DNA of 64,000 nucleotides, taken from contig NC_042998.1 in assembly GCF_006345805.1 (NCBI RefSeq), positions 184,698,001-184,762,000 of the forward strand, read 5' to 3'. The stretch is from Octopus sinensis. Its lineage: Eukaryota. Each line of letters opens with the position of its first letter. Position 1 is the stretch's first letter. Positions 37,466 to 49,886 of this stretch are shown piece after piece. Below the pieces are notes generated by a model. The model was not told the origin of the DNA, ran no database searches, and worked only from the letters and a program-made list of their open reading frames with translations. Both the position numbers and the translations under genes were made by a program.

Positions 37466-38962
37466 CAAACGAAAGAAATGCCGCGAAGCATTTTGTCTGA
37501 GTTAGTTCCGAGCAGTAATTTGTAATATGTGTATTCCATCTTCCATTGTTTTATGTAACTTGATGAAAGCTTTCTCTTTAGGTTTCGCTTAAACAGCCAA
37601 GCTTTTCTAGGAAGTGATCTAATGGAACATGGAAAACATAGATCTTGGTGCTCATGTCATAGCGAAGCTTATTAAATTTCGTGAGTATCTCTCTACTACT
37701 ACAGCGAAGAAAACTTTTGACAATGAATAAATAAATAAAACCTGTTCAGGACTTCATGTTGGCTATGTATGAAACGTTGATCTTTTACAAGCTCAATTAC
37801 ACGGGACCCTCACAAATATCTACTTAAATTTTTATCATGCTCAGTCCAGTGAATTTCTTATATAAGCTGCTTAGGTAGACGTATTCTTTATTTAAGACTA
37901 TTATAAATTGCTCTTCAAGTCAAGATTGGTTTCGTATGTATCAGCTTAATTTTCAAGAATGACATTTGTTTTCTGTAACTATAATAACTTCTCTTAAAGT
38001 CGATCCTTTTCGAAACTAACAGCAATATTTGGGTTTGCTGTTTGAAAGACATAAAAAGCATGAATATTTCGTGTAGCTATTTTGCTAACCAAGAAAAAGG
38101 ATCACCATCGGCTGCGATCTGACTAAAACCCATCGATCCAAATTCGAAAGACGGCGAGAGCCATATGCTGGTAGTTTAAGCAAAAAAAAAAAAGAGTTCG
38201 TATGCCGGATACGATAAAAGGGTTTGCTGATGTCGGTGCCTTCATTAACTTTCTTGACGACAAGTGTTCACTGATGAATGATTTATTATAGTAGGTCTGC
38301 AATAGATCTTGCTTTGCGAAAGCCGTTTAAGATGTTCGCGAGGAAGAGGTAAAGAATTAAGCAGTGTTGAAGATTTTATTTTTTAAAAATTTTAATGACT
38401 ATATCATTTGAAATAACGGAAGGGATTGGGACAGTTGGCGTGCAGTGGGACTGAACCCGAAACAACATGGCTGCAAAGCAAGCCTTTCAACCTCCGTATC
38501 ATATCTGCACCTATCCAGAAAAGAAAGAGAAACAAGAAGAAGCGTTTGCAATTCAGTACATTCTCCACTCTGCCAATTTACATTTAGCAACTGTGTGTAC
38601 TCGAACAGTAAATAAAGTGACAGCAATAAATAACAGGCAAAATCTGCATAAAATTAAAGACAAAAATGACAACAACATCAAAAATGAACTGAGAGTTTGG
38701 TTCAAAGCAAAATTAGAGCCCAACAATTTGGATGGTTAGGAGCTTATTTTTCTTCCTAAGTACCCATCGACCGAAATATATTTATTTCATGCGAAACAAT
38801 TGGAATATGGATGGGCAGAATTATTAGTGCGTCGAAGAAATAACTTTTGATATTTTATCATACCATTTCCAGATCCGTGGCTCTCAACCATTTTTTGCCT
38901 ATAGACTCTTTTAGTCCTTACTTTACTCGACTGGATCTGCATAACCATTCAATGTATATATA

Positions 38963-39404
38963 TCTTTTACTCTTTTACTTGTTTCAGTCATTTGACTGCG
39001 GCTTTGCTGAAACACTGTTTCAATGGGTTCTAGTCGAACAAATCGACCTCAGGATTTATTTTTTAAAAGCTTAGTTCTTACTCTGTCGGTCTTTTTTGCC
39101 AAACCACTAAGTAACACACCAATACTAGTTGCCAATGGCGATGAAGGGACAAACAGACACAAAGATACGGACATACGCACATTCATACATGCATACATAC
39201 ATACATACATACATACATACATACATACATACATACATACATACATACATACATACATCTTTTCAGTTTCCGTCTACAAAATACACTCACTAAGATTTGG
39301 TCGCCCAAGGCTATAGTAGAAGCCACATGCGCAAGGTGTCACGCTGTGGGACTGAACTCAGAACCATGTAGTTCGGAAGCAAGCTTCTTACCACACAGCT
39401 ACGT
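38963..39404 (-). mobile_element. SINE family A, diverged
   Basis: Tail CTCTTTTACTTGTTTCAGTCATTTGACTG and head CTTACCACACAGC. Confidence 0.8.
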
Positions 39405-39607
39405 CTTCTGTATTTTTATAATTAAATATTATTAGGAATTGTATAAAAAATTTAAAATAGTTTGTGTATTGTAAAAGTATAAGCAATTTATTGCACATAA
39501 ATTTTAACAACAAAATCTTATATGTGCACCCCCAAGGACCATATATACCCTGGTTGATAATCATTGTCCTAGATTGACTTTGACTTTTCATCAATAGAAT
39601 TCGTTAC

Positions 39608-39999
39608 GGAAGGCGGCGAGCTGGCAGAAACATTAGCGCGCCGGTCAAAACGCCTAGCGGTATTTCGTCTGCCGCTACGTTCTGAGTTCAAATTCCGCCG
39701 AGGTCGACTTTGTCTTTCATCCTTTCGGGGTCGATAAATTAAGTACCAGTTACGCACTGGAGTCGATGTAATCGACTGAACCCCTTTGTCTGTCCTTGTT
39801 TGTCCCCTCTATGTTTAGCCGGGCGAAATGCTTAACAGTATTTCGTTTGTCTTTACGTTCTGTGTTCAAATTCCGCCGAGGTCGACTTTGCCTTTCAGCC
39901 TTTCGGGGTCAATAAATTAAGTACTAGTTGTGTACTGGGGTCGATCTAATCGACTGCCCCCACCCCATAATTTCCGGCCTTGTGCCTAGAGTAGAAGAG
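39608..39999 (+). mobile_element. chimeric SINE dimer (B + C) under one TSD
   Basis: AATAGAATTCGTTAC (39593-39607) and AATAAAATTCGTTAC (40000-40014). Confidence 0.75.
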
Positions 40000-40099
40000 A
40001 ATAAAATTCGTTACAGCGTTACGCGGCTTTTCCCCCTTGAATCAACGGATCGTCCAAGATGTGACACTGGAAGGATAGACGGTGGCACCAACATCCGAT

Positions 40100-40245
40100 T
40101 GGCAATCATTCTAGCCAAGAAGACCAGAGCAATGAGGAATGAAATGCTCTTGCTGAAGGACACAACGAGCCATCTGGTATTGGAATTGAACCCGAACATT
40201 ATGATCGGGAGCCGAACACCCTAACCATTAGACCTCATGCCTTCA
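40100..40245 (-). mobile_element. degenerate tRNA-headed SINE
   Basis: Minus strand GGTCTAATGGTTAGGGTG (A box) and GGGTTCAATTCC (B box). Confidence 0.55.
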
Positions 40246-41369
40246 TTATCGATCACATCATCTTCCTAAATCTATGGCCTTGCACTTCAGTAAATACCAT
40301 GACATGTATCACCGGGGCAGTGTATTGCCGAGCAGTAGAGCGTCGAACAAAGTGACTTTCGTAGTTAGACACGTGTTTAGTCAGAAATGTGTAAATTGTT
40401 ATTGTATGAAATATGAGTGCAACTCGTGCCGAGATTGACTTTGAGCTTCACTCCTGGGATCAATTAAATATGTAACTGGTATAGATCTGTTTTCTCCCTT
40501 CTGACCTTGTATCAACGTTAGAAATCCTTCTATGCAACCCTTTCCACAAATATGATGTCTCGGGTGATCGTTTACGAGAAAATATGAGATTTAAAAGAAG
40601 GTAATAATTACATTACTCCAAATGCAAGCACATCTGTTGATTACATGCAATGTGTTGGTTAACAAACTGTGTTTCCTTCCCCTACACAAAACTTTGCCAT
40701 ACACCAGTTTTTCAAATGTCTGCAGTCAGTAGCCTTTTCATTAACAAATCCAAAAAAAGCTATATGTTTCGCACACTGTGGACGATGTGTCACCAAAAAC
40801 CAGGGTAGAAACGCTCGCAGGTCATGGGCTTTTGTTTTCAGAGTTAATAAACAGAACATTATTCATTATTTTTATGATCTATCGGTGCCTGTTTATCCAC
40901 CAAGTAATTTTCTAAAATATATACTATAGTTATTTACTGGGAACAGAGACGACAAAACCAAAAAAACTTTCTTTTAGACAGTTTTTATCTTAACTTACTT
41001 TACTTATTTCATTTTATTTCTAACTTTTTTCATTCTTTCTTTTTACATTTCCTTCTACCATTAAAAAACAAAAACAAAAAAAGCTTTTTTTTTTTCAACA
41101 AGCTGAGCATTAAATGACAATTGTGTCTTGAAATAAAACAAAACCGATCTACTGACAGCAGTAAAACAAAAACCCTTAATAAAATAGAAAAACGGCAATT
41201 GTAAGACAATATGAAAACGGCACATGTAATCGACTAAACAGTGGTCAACGTGTTAGAATTGTAACTACTACTTAAGGCGTTTATCGATTTTACTGTTTTA
41301 TAACATGACATGTACTTACCGTTTTCTGGATTCTAGTGAGAGCCAACGCAGTAACGTGTTATATATATG

Positions 41370-41414
<45 letters not shown>

Positions 41415-41492
41415 GATTGTGAGTGTTTGTATGCGTATATACACACAGGAACACATACACACATATATGCATACATACATACATAATTACAT

Positions 41493-41538
<46 letters not shown>

Positions 41539-41654
41539 GATTGTATGTGTTTGTATGCGTATATACACACAGGAACACATACACACATATATGCATACAT
41601 ACATACATACATACATAATTACATAAGTACACACACACACACACACGCATACAC

Positions 41655-41686
<32 letters not shown>

Positions 41687-41715
41687 CACACACACACACA
41701 CACACACATACACAT
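41370..41715 (+). repeat. ~120-bp tandem duplication of a compound CA-rich microsatellite unit
   Basis: CATATGATTGT...CACACAGGAACACATAC...TAATTACATAAGTAC occurs twice. Confidence 0.85.
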
Positions 41716-42348
41716 CTTGTGAATGTGTTTTCTGTCGAAAAGACGACGATGTTCTAGATTATTTTTATTTATTTAGTTTTTTCATATTTTCGTACGAATT
41801 TCTTGCAGTATATTTTTTCACCAACGAAACAAGTTCCTGAATCCATCAACAACGTTTCTAAACCTGTACGAACTCGTTAGTGTTGTTAAATTTTGCTCCC
41901 GTTTTATTGTATGTAACACACGCCAAGACCACTTCATCTAGAAGGTGAGACTGTGAAAGTTTAGAGATGCTCATGAAGGATTTGTTGACTTTACTTTTGC
42001 AAAGAAAATAGAAGGAACTCATATGAAAATTAAAAAAAGAAGAAAACACAGAAAAAGCTAAAGCTAGGACATCAGAGTGTTTTCCCTACGTGCATTGAAG
42101 AAGATGGCTCTGAACCCTCTGATGCATACAAACATGTATACGTACATACATACATACATACATACATACATACATACATACGTACGTATTTATGTACATA
42201 TGTATGTATGTATTTTGAATGCATTTATCTATATATATATATATGTACATATATAAATATATAACATATATATATATATATATAAAATATAATATAATAT
42301 ATATATTATACACACATACATACATACATTATATATAATATATATATA

Positions 42349-42384
<36 letters not shown>

Positions 42385-44134
42385 CATACATACATACATA
42401 CATACATACATACATACATACTATCTATATATATACATATATATATATAATACATATATATATATATACATATATATCTATATATACATATATCTATATA
42501 TATATACTATATATTTAATATACATATATTTATATATATATATACACATACACCTCACACACCACTATGCGTGAGGTTACGTGTATGTGTGTATGTCTGT
42601 GTAACGAATCTCGAGGAATCGATATATTAGTGATAGGTCCTGTTGGTTCGGGGCAAACACCAAACAACTTGTCTTCACAAAATAATGCTTTGAAAGAAAA
42701 CACTGGAGTAGCTTTTTGGTTGTCTTTCACCTTGACTATGAAAGAAGATGGATTTATCTCTTCAATCTAATAAACTACCTTTCAATATTACAGTATTTCT
42801 TACTACTTTGTGTTGTTCCTACATCGATCGACCTATTTACAGTTAAAAAGGCTGGATATCTGAGAGTTAAGGCCACAGGTAAACCACAGTGTTGAAGAAA
42901 TTACAAGAACCATCTACTTTTCGCTTGGTATCTTATTTACTCGTATGTTGTACTCAAGTACTGTTGAACAATAGAGAATATATTGTTTGTGTCCAAATTT
43001 GCAGCGCTGTTTCGATATCTGTCTGATAGCTATTAATATAATAATGTTTTTGGAAAGACATACGTGTACCAACAATATGCTTTCCACCAAATAAAACACA
43101 AGGGCGGCCATCAAAAGAAATCTTTGTGGGACCAGAATTATAGAAGGGTGTATGCCTAGGAGAGGCAAACAAAAGTGTTTAGTGTAGGATCTAACCTGAA
43201 ATGGAATACAATAGGCATGGCGAGAAGAAAGAGTGAAAGGTTTTGATAAATGTGTTTGCTCAGCTGTTTGTTCAGAGAAGTAGAAAATGTAGAATCAGTA
43301 GAAATAGTAGAAAGAAGAAGCACTTGTTGTTTACCTCTGATCAGTCCTGACTGAACATTATTCAATGTGTTCTTGTATTTTTAAGACGATAGGGTGCAAC
43401 TTTTATCAGATTTGGCTGTTATTTCTAGCAGATTGCTTGACTTAGTCGAAGATTCAGTAGCTGCTGTTTATGTTTAGTCCCAGGTCTTGGAGAATCCTAC
43501 CAATGGTTTTCCAGCCATGACCATTTCATATTCTTTTCGGTAAATGAGTACCTGCGGCTACATTATTCAAAACGTCCTTCCTTTTGATGACGTTATGGTG
43601 TAATCTGAGGAAGATATGACTATTATTTCTAACAGGCTAGACAACCACATAGTGTTGAGAGAAAGCGTATTTGTGAACCAATAGTTGAGTGACACTTTTA
43701 ATTGAGAGAAACGTTTTTAATGTAAGATGACATATTTAATGTTGTGTATGTGGCATCTCAGTCGAGACGTTGCGTTTCTAATTTACGTGGACGAGAAGAC
43801 AGAAATCTATTGTATTATTTATATCTTTAATGACAAACCATTTCTCTAATAAAGTTATCAGCGTCACTAGAGATTTGACACTGCTCATGGCAAATGATAG
43901 TTAACTATAGAGGAAGCCATAAACATCAAAGATTTCCTCAACAATGGCATTTAATTTTCAATTTTTCATGTGTTCACCTTTGTTTAACTCTCTCCAATCC
44001 TGCTATATGTATGCACATAACGAAAATTTGTAGACTAATATCACAATGTCACGCACACGGCTTAAAAAGAAAAGACGTGTATGTTAGTGTTTCGTAAGAA
44101 GCAGGAGAGACTAACGTATCAAGTATAGACTATG

Positions 44135-44501
44135 GAAGTACTCCGTCGGTTACGACGACGAGGGTTCCGGTTGATCCGAATCAACGGAACAGCCTGCTCG
44201 TGAAATTAACGTGTAAGTGGCTGAGCACTCCACAGACACGTGTACCCTTAACGTAGTTCTCGGGGATATTCAGCGTGACACAGAGAGTGACAAGGCCGGC
44301 CCTTTGAAATACAGGTACAACAGAAACAGGAAGTAAGAGTGAGAGAGTACAGCAGGGATCACCACCATGCCCTGCCGGAGCCTCGTGGAGCTTTAGGTGT
44401 TTTCGCTCAATAAACACTCACAACGCCCGGTCTGGGAATCAAAACCGCGATCCTCTGACCGCGAGTCCGCTGCCCTAACCACTGGGCCATTGCGCCTCCA
44501 C
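44135..44501 (-). mobile_element. tRNA-headed SINE (family E), full length
   Basis: 13-bp TSD AGTATAGACTATG (44122-44134 and 44502-44514); head GGCGCAATGGCCCAGTGGTTAGG. Confidence 0.9.
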
Positions 44502-44740
44502 AGTATAGACTATGATTGGTGTACAGAAGCTAGTTTTATCTTAGGTGATATTCGTTCATTTACTCCGCGTTCGAAGTTCAAATCTTATATGGGCTGACTT
44601 TGGCTTTCATCCATTCAGAGTAAAAAAAAACAAAGTAGCCAGTGAAATGACAGAGTCTTTTACTTATTTCCCTCACCTTCATCTTCCTCTGTGAGTGTTT
44701 GTTCTCTTGTAAAACTTTAAAATGCAAATCAATTTACAGT

Positions 44741-45138
44741 TACTCTTTTACTTGTTTCAGTCATTTGACTGTGTCCATGCTGAAGCACCGCCTTTAGACG
44801 AGCAAATCGACTCCAGGACTTAGTCTCTGTAAGCATAGTACTTATTCTATCGGTCTCTTTTGCCGAACCGCTAAGTTACGGGGACGTAAACACACCAGCA
44901 TCGGTTGTCAAGTAATGCTAGGGGGACAAACACAGACACACAAACATATGCACACACATATATACATCAATATATATACGACGGGCTTTCAGTTTCCGTC
45001 TACCAAATCCACTCACAAGGCTTTGGTCGGCCCGAGGCTATAGTAGAAGACACTTGCCCAAGGTGCCACGCAGTGGGACTGAACCCGGAACCATGTGGTT
45101 CATAAGCAAGCTACTTACCACACAGCCACTCCTACGCC
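44741..45138 (-). mobile_element. SINE family A, full length
   Basis: Matches 35411-35814. Confidence 0.9.
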
Positions 45139-45147
45139 TATTTAGTG

Positions 45148-45231
<84 letters not shown>

Positions 45232-45429
45232 AGAGTAAGAAAGAGTGAAAAAGAGAGAGAAAATGGAATATTTGACATTGTCCGCACGATTCAGAAGAGC
45301 TCCCTTACCGATGTAGCGTCTTAGGACGATTCCTGAATTCATATTACTGTCACATTGTTTCTTTCCAGGTTAATTGACATCTGACTCTTCAAAGAAGACT
45401 TCAGAAGTAACTTGATGCATGTCATTGCT

Positions 45430-45715
45430 TTCAATGGTTGCTCACCCTCCCTATTCCTCTGATTTGGCCCCACCTGACTATCATCTGTTCCCCAACATAA
45501 AAAAAATACATGGTTGGGAAGCAGTATTGCAGTGACGATGACGTCATATCTGCTGTTGATGACTTTTTTTTTTAACAACGGGATGAAAGTTTCTTCACCA
45601 GTGGGATCGAAGCACTGCAACATCGCAACGGAGACTATGTTGAAAAATAAACCTAATCTGGTCATATTCCATGAGTGTTTTGGTCAGCCTATGAATTTTT
45701 CAGTCGACTCTCGTA
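45430..45715 (+). mobile_element. mariner transposase 3' fragment with right TIR
   Basis: HPPYSSDLAPPDYHLFPNIKK..DDDVISAVDDFF..GIEALQHR..GDYVEK*, then GGTCAGCCTATGAATTTTTCAGTCGACTCTCG+TA. Confidence 0.85.
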
Positions 45716-45915
45716 TTTTATGCATCACTCTGTAAAAACATACCATCTTAACTGGGTGATGCAGTTATAGATTTAGAAATTTGACTAGTGATGGACTTCG
45801 ACTTCTGCTTTCGGCTTTGCATCACCTGACTCTTTTGCCAGATTCTTTTGTTAGACTGGTGTATGTTCAGAGATTTTAAGTATTTAGCCTGGATTAATAC
45901 CACTCTACGTTTTGT

Positions 45916-45940
<25 letters not shown>

Positions 45941-45947
<7 letters not shown>

Positions 45948-46367
45948 TTGAATAAATTTACAGCACGACATGGTTTTCACGTTTTTTATTATTGTATTTA
46001 AAAAAAAAATTTGCAATGTTTGACATCACTGTAGTAAGACGACTGACTTCTTCCTTTTTATACCTTAACGCTTAAGCCGCATGTTGATTGGTTAAAACTT
46101 TATCGAAAAATTCAGCTTGTCTGGACCGTCTAAAAGATATAAAAAGGAAGAAGTCAGTCATTTTACTACAGCTGTCAAGAACTCAACTCAACTGTCAGTC
46201 AATATATTTTGAAATCTGATGATTACTACGAACGTATGAAAGCGTTAATTGAACTTTATGAACATTACTACATAATTTTTTAATGTTTAACACATTCCAA
46301 AATGTTTTTTTAAATACAATAATAAAAAACGTGAAACCCGCCAACTGTAACTTTATTCAACTGATAT
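45941..46367. repeat. nested degenerate fold-back (outer ~80-bp arms, inner ~40-bp arms), TA-flanked
   Basis: 45941-46021 versus 46290-46367; 46021-46062 versus 46136-46180. Confidence 0.75.
46213..46250 (+). ncRNA. slightly decayed minimal hammerhead motif
   Basis: AAT-CTGATGA-T-TAC(TACGAAC)GTA-T-GAAA-GCGT-TA-ATT. Confidence 0.5.
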
Positions 46368-46398
46368 ACTATTTTTATTTACTTTTACACAAATTCGG

Positions 46399-46438
<40 letters not shown>

Positions 46439-46672
46439 TATATATAGTATATATATATATATATTATATATTAATTATATTATATATTTATATATATATA
46501 ATATAGAGTAGATATAGATAGATAGATAGATAGATAAGAGGTAATGGTATCACTGAGACCCAAAGGCGTCAGGTAATGCTGAATAGGTGCTATAGACAGA
46601 CCATTGTTAAGTTCCAGGTTCGGTGATTTTGCGAATAAGGGGTTCAACGTTGGTCATATGTCAGCGTGCGTA

Positions 46673-46815
46673 TATAAGAATTTTTTGCGTAATGAGATAA
46701 AAAAAAGCAAGGCTGTGTAGGTATTAGAACAATTATACATAGGAAGGGTCTATCTATAAATGTTCTAATACCTACATAGCCTTGTGTTTTTTATCTCATT
46801 ACACCCAAAAATGCT

Positions 46816-46819
<4 letters not shown>
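46673..46819. repeat. hairpin with ~65-bp imperfect arms
   Basis: GTAATGAGATAAAAA..CAAGGCTGTGTAGGTATTAGAACA versus TGTTCTAATACCTACATAGCCTTG..TTTTTATCTCATTAC. Confidence 0.9.
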
Positions 46820-46862
<43 letters not shown>

Positions 46863-46883
46863 TATATATTAATAGGATATAAT

Positions 46884-47209
46884 AGGAAATGAAGAAAATG
46901 CTGACAAAATAATTTAAGTAATTTAGTAATTTAATAGGTGAAAGTTCTTTTTAACCGGTTGCGCATTTGTTATGCTTATCAAAAGATAATTTTAAAGAGA
47001 GATAGAGTTCTTTCTGATAGATTTTTTCCTCTTATTTTTATCCTCTATTTTCCAGATAAGAGGAAAAAATCTATCAGAAAAGAACTCTATCTCTCTTTAA
47101 AAAATTATCTTTTGATAAGCATAACAAATGCGCAACCGGTAGAACGAACTTTCCCTAATTAAATTACTTAATTACTTAATTATTTTTGTCAGCATTTTCT
47201 TCATTTCCT
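46884..47209. mobile_element. fold-back with ~150-bp arms and a 20-nt loop; each arm carries a hammerhead-like motif
   Basis: 46884-47035 is the reverse complement of 47056-47209, with few differences. Confidence 0.8.
47108..47144 (+). ncRNA. minimal hammerhead-like motif, U3-A8 variant, GAAA changed to GCAA
   Basis: TCTT-TTGATAA-GCAT(AACAA)ATGC-GCAA-CCGG-TA-GAA. Mirror copy at 46948-46986. Confidence 0.5.
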
Positions 47210-48607
47210 TTTTTATATATCACAACTCGTGTTCCACATCTCTTTTTTAAATATATATATATATATATATTATATATATCTACAGTCTAGATTTCATTCC
47301 TCAAATGCTATCCCATTGATTTACAAACAATGTTTCCACTGTGCTCCACAATTAATTCACCGCTGTATCTCTTGCTATCCCTCCTGTGTCTACAACAATG
47401 AATCCTGTTTTCTGAATTACTTTCCTTTCCTTCTCTCATCGTAGTAAGAACAATAAATCATTTCTCTACAGGACTACAGCTCTCTGGAATTTTCTCCATC
47501 ATATTTTTTCCTGCTGCCGTAACTCTGCATCAAACCAGTCAAGTTGATTATCAACTGTATCGACCTCACCATTCTGAAAGGAACTGCCAAGACTACAGAA
47601 ATCTCCATCTCCATTATGTCTCAAAATAAGTAATGAAAAATAATAATAAATAGATAAAAAGAAGTTGTATCCTATTATAATCTTGCTGAAACTATAATTT
47701 TAGTGGATGATCAGAATACATATAAAGTAGTTACAAAGTTCCTATAGTTTAGTGAAGGGAAACTAGGTTTTATTGATGTAAGACGAAACACGGTATTTAG
47801 AAATTGATTATTATTTGTCATATGGCATTTACCACAAATAAACTATAAGCTAAAAAGTAAGCAACTACGGCAAACGAGATAAGATGCGGCGAATTCAAGT
47901 GCTCGGAGGCTCTGATCCAACAAATCCCGTTGTATTCTTTGAGAATATAACGTAAAGTAGACACCGGAGATGGCGTAGAGAAGACATATGCTATATTAAG
48001 CAGCCAGCGAACATTGTTAATTTGGGCATTGTAAACTCAGCATACATGACACCCAAGAAAGAATATAGTTACAATAACTACGTACTAGGAAATGAAATGC
48101 AATTTTACGACATATAGCTGAAGGAAGCAAGAAACGACACTATATATTTTAGGCAACTAAATAAGAAAAATGCAGCTTACAACAAAGAACAGTAATAAAT
48201 CAGAGAATTTCTTTTTAGTGTTTTGTAGTAGCATTTCTTAAAAAATGTTGTTAAGCCTTGAGAAAAATGTCTCGTTACAACAGACATTGTCAAATGGTGT
48301 TAAGGGCCTGTCTTCGCTGTAGTTGTTGCGTTGGATGCAAATTGAAATAACCCTAAGCGAAGAATACGATTTAGAATATATGCTTAGACATGCGTATACA
48401 CATTTCCCCAAATGTCGAGTTGCTTGTATGCGTATGGTTAATTACAATTATGTGGATGCATACGCACACGCGCATGTATATATATATGTGTGTGTGTGTA
48501 TGTATATATGTGTGAATGTATATATGTGTGCATGTATATGAATATATATATATATACATGCATACATACACACACATTTATATAAGTATGTGTACAAGTG
48601 TTTGCCC

Positions 48608-48643
<36 letters not shown>

Positions 48644-48812
48644 GCGCGCATATGTGCGTTTGGGTTCGAATGAAAGAAAGAGTTTGTAGATTGACATGTA
48701 TTCACAAATATATGCATATTTGTACATTAGGAATATGTATGAGCAAATGCATATGCCTATGATGGGGTATATAAACAGACACGTGCACTCACACACAGAC
48801 ACACACCACACA

Positions 48813-48843
<31 letters not shown>

Positions 48844-49124
48844 CACACCACACATATATATAATTTATGGCTGTTGTTAGATTGGGACTGTATTCATAGT
48901 CATCAACAATTAGATATATTTTGACTGTCTATCTATCAATTACACTCATACTTTTCCTTTCCTTTCTTTCTTTGTCTATCTATCCTTCCCTTGTATTCTT
49001 TATTGCCAATTCTATGGCTGTATGTTATTGATTATGAAGACATATTTTCACAGACGCTAATCATTTCCTTCTTATGTCAGAGGAACAATTTTCATGTGAG
49101 TGTTAGATGTTAATGTTTGATATA

Positions 49125-49490
49125 GCCACAACATATTACTGCTACAAGCTTTATTGATGTGTTCACATGATATAATTGCTACATGTTGCATCAATGTATT
49201 ACTGCTATATGACTATATTACTGCCGCAATATATTATTGCTACATGTTATACTGATATGACCACGGCATATTACAGCTACATGTTAAAACAACGTTACCA
49301 GAACATATCATTGCTACATGTCACACCGATATATTACTGCTATATGACTATGTCATTGCCACAACATGTTACATGTTATATTGGCGCGTCCGCAATTTAT
49401 TAACGCGAACATGCTACATTACTGTGGCTACAATATATTAATGCTACATTCTATATCGACATCCTCAAAGTATGTTACTGTTATAATTTA
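49125..49490 (+). repeat. degenerate minisatellite built on ATATTACTGCTACATGTT
   Basis: About 9 diverged occurrences. Confidence 0.75.
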
Positions 49491-49527
49491 TGTGATAACT
49501 ATATTCACTATATGTATAATATATATA

Positions 49528-49579
<52 letters not shown>

Positions 49580-49677
49580 TATATATATGTATATATATAT
49601 ATATAACATATTATATATATATATATTATATATACATATATATATATTATACATATATATATATATATATTATATAT

Positions 49678-49726
<49 letters not shown>

Positions 49727-49850
49727 CCTATAGATACATACGTACATACATAAATTTATATATATATCAGAGAAAATGAGATAACAGGCCAAGGCTGTGA
49801 AGAATATATGTATAAGTGTGTGTATGATTATACACATACCCATGCACACA

Positions 49851-49884
<34 letters not shown>

Positions 49885-49886
49885 AA

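Noticed and set aside
42567-42770. ILVIGPVGSGQT, resembling a Walker A motif
   Set aside because: The invariant Lys is Gln, there is no downstream NTPase motif, and the ORF starts in a microsatellite.
42580-42770. Minus-strand peptide with cadherin-like VKVKDNQKATPVFS and RRM-like GPITNISIPRD
   Set aside because: Neither domain's other conserved residues are present.
47290-47560. Possible CR1/L2 RT C-terminal relic
   Set aside because: Only a vague resemblance (LIYKQCFHCAPQL, IFPAAVTL); not supportable without a search.
49125-49490. Repeat-spacer-like pattern suggesting a CRISPR array
   Set aside because: Repeats are degenerate and irregularly spaced, spacers are self-similar, the context is eukaryotic, and there are no cas genes.
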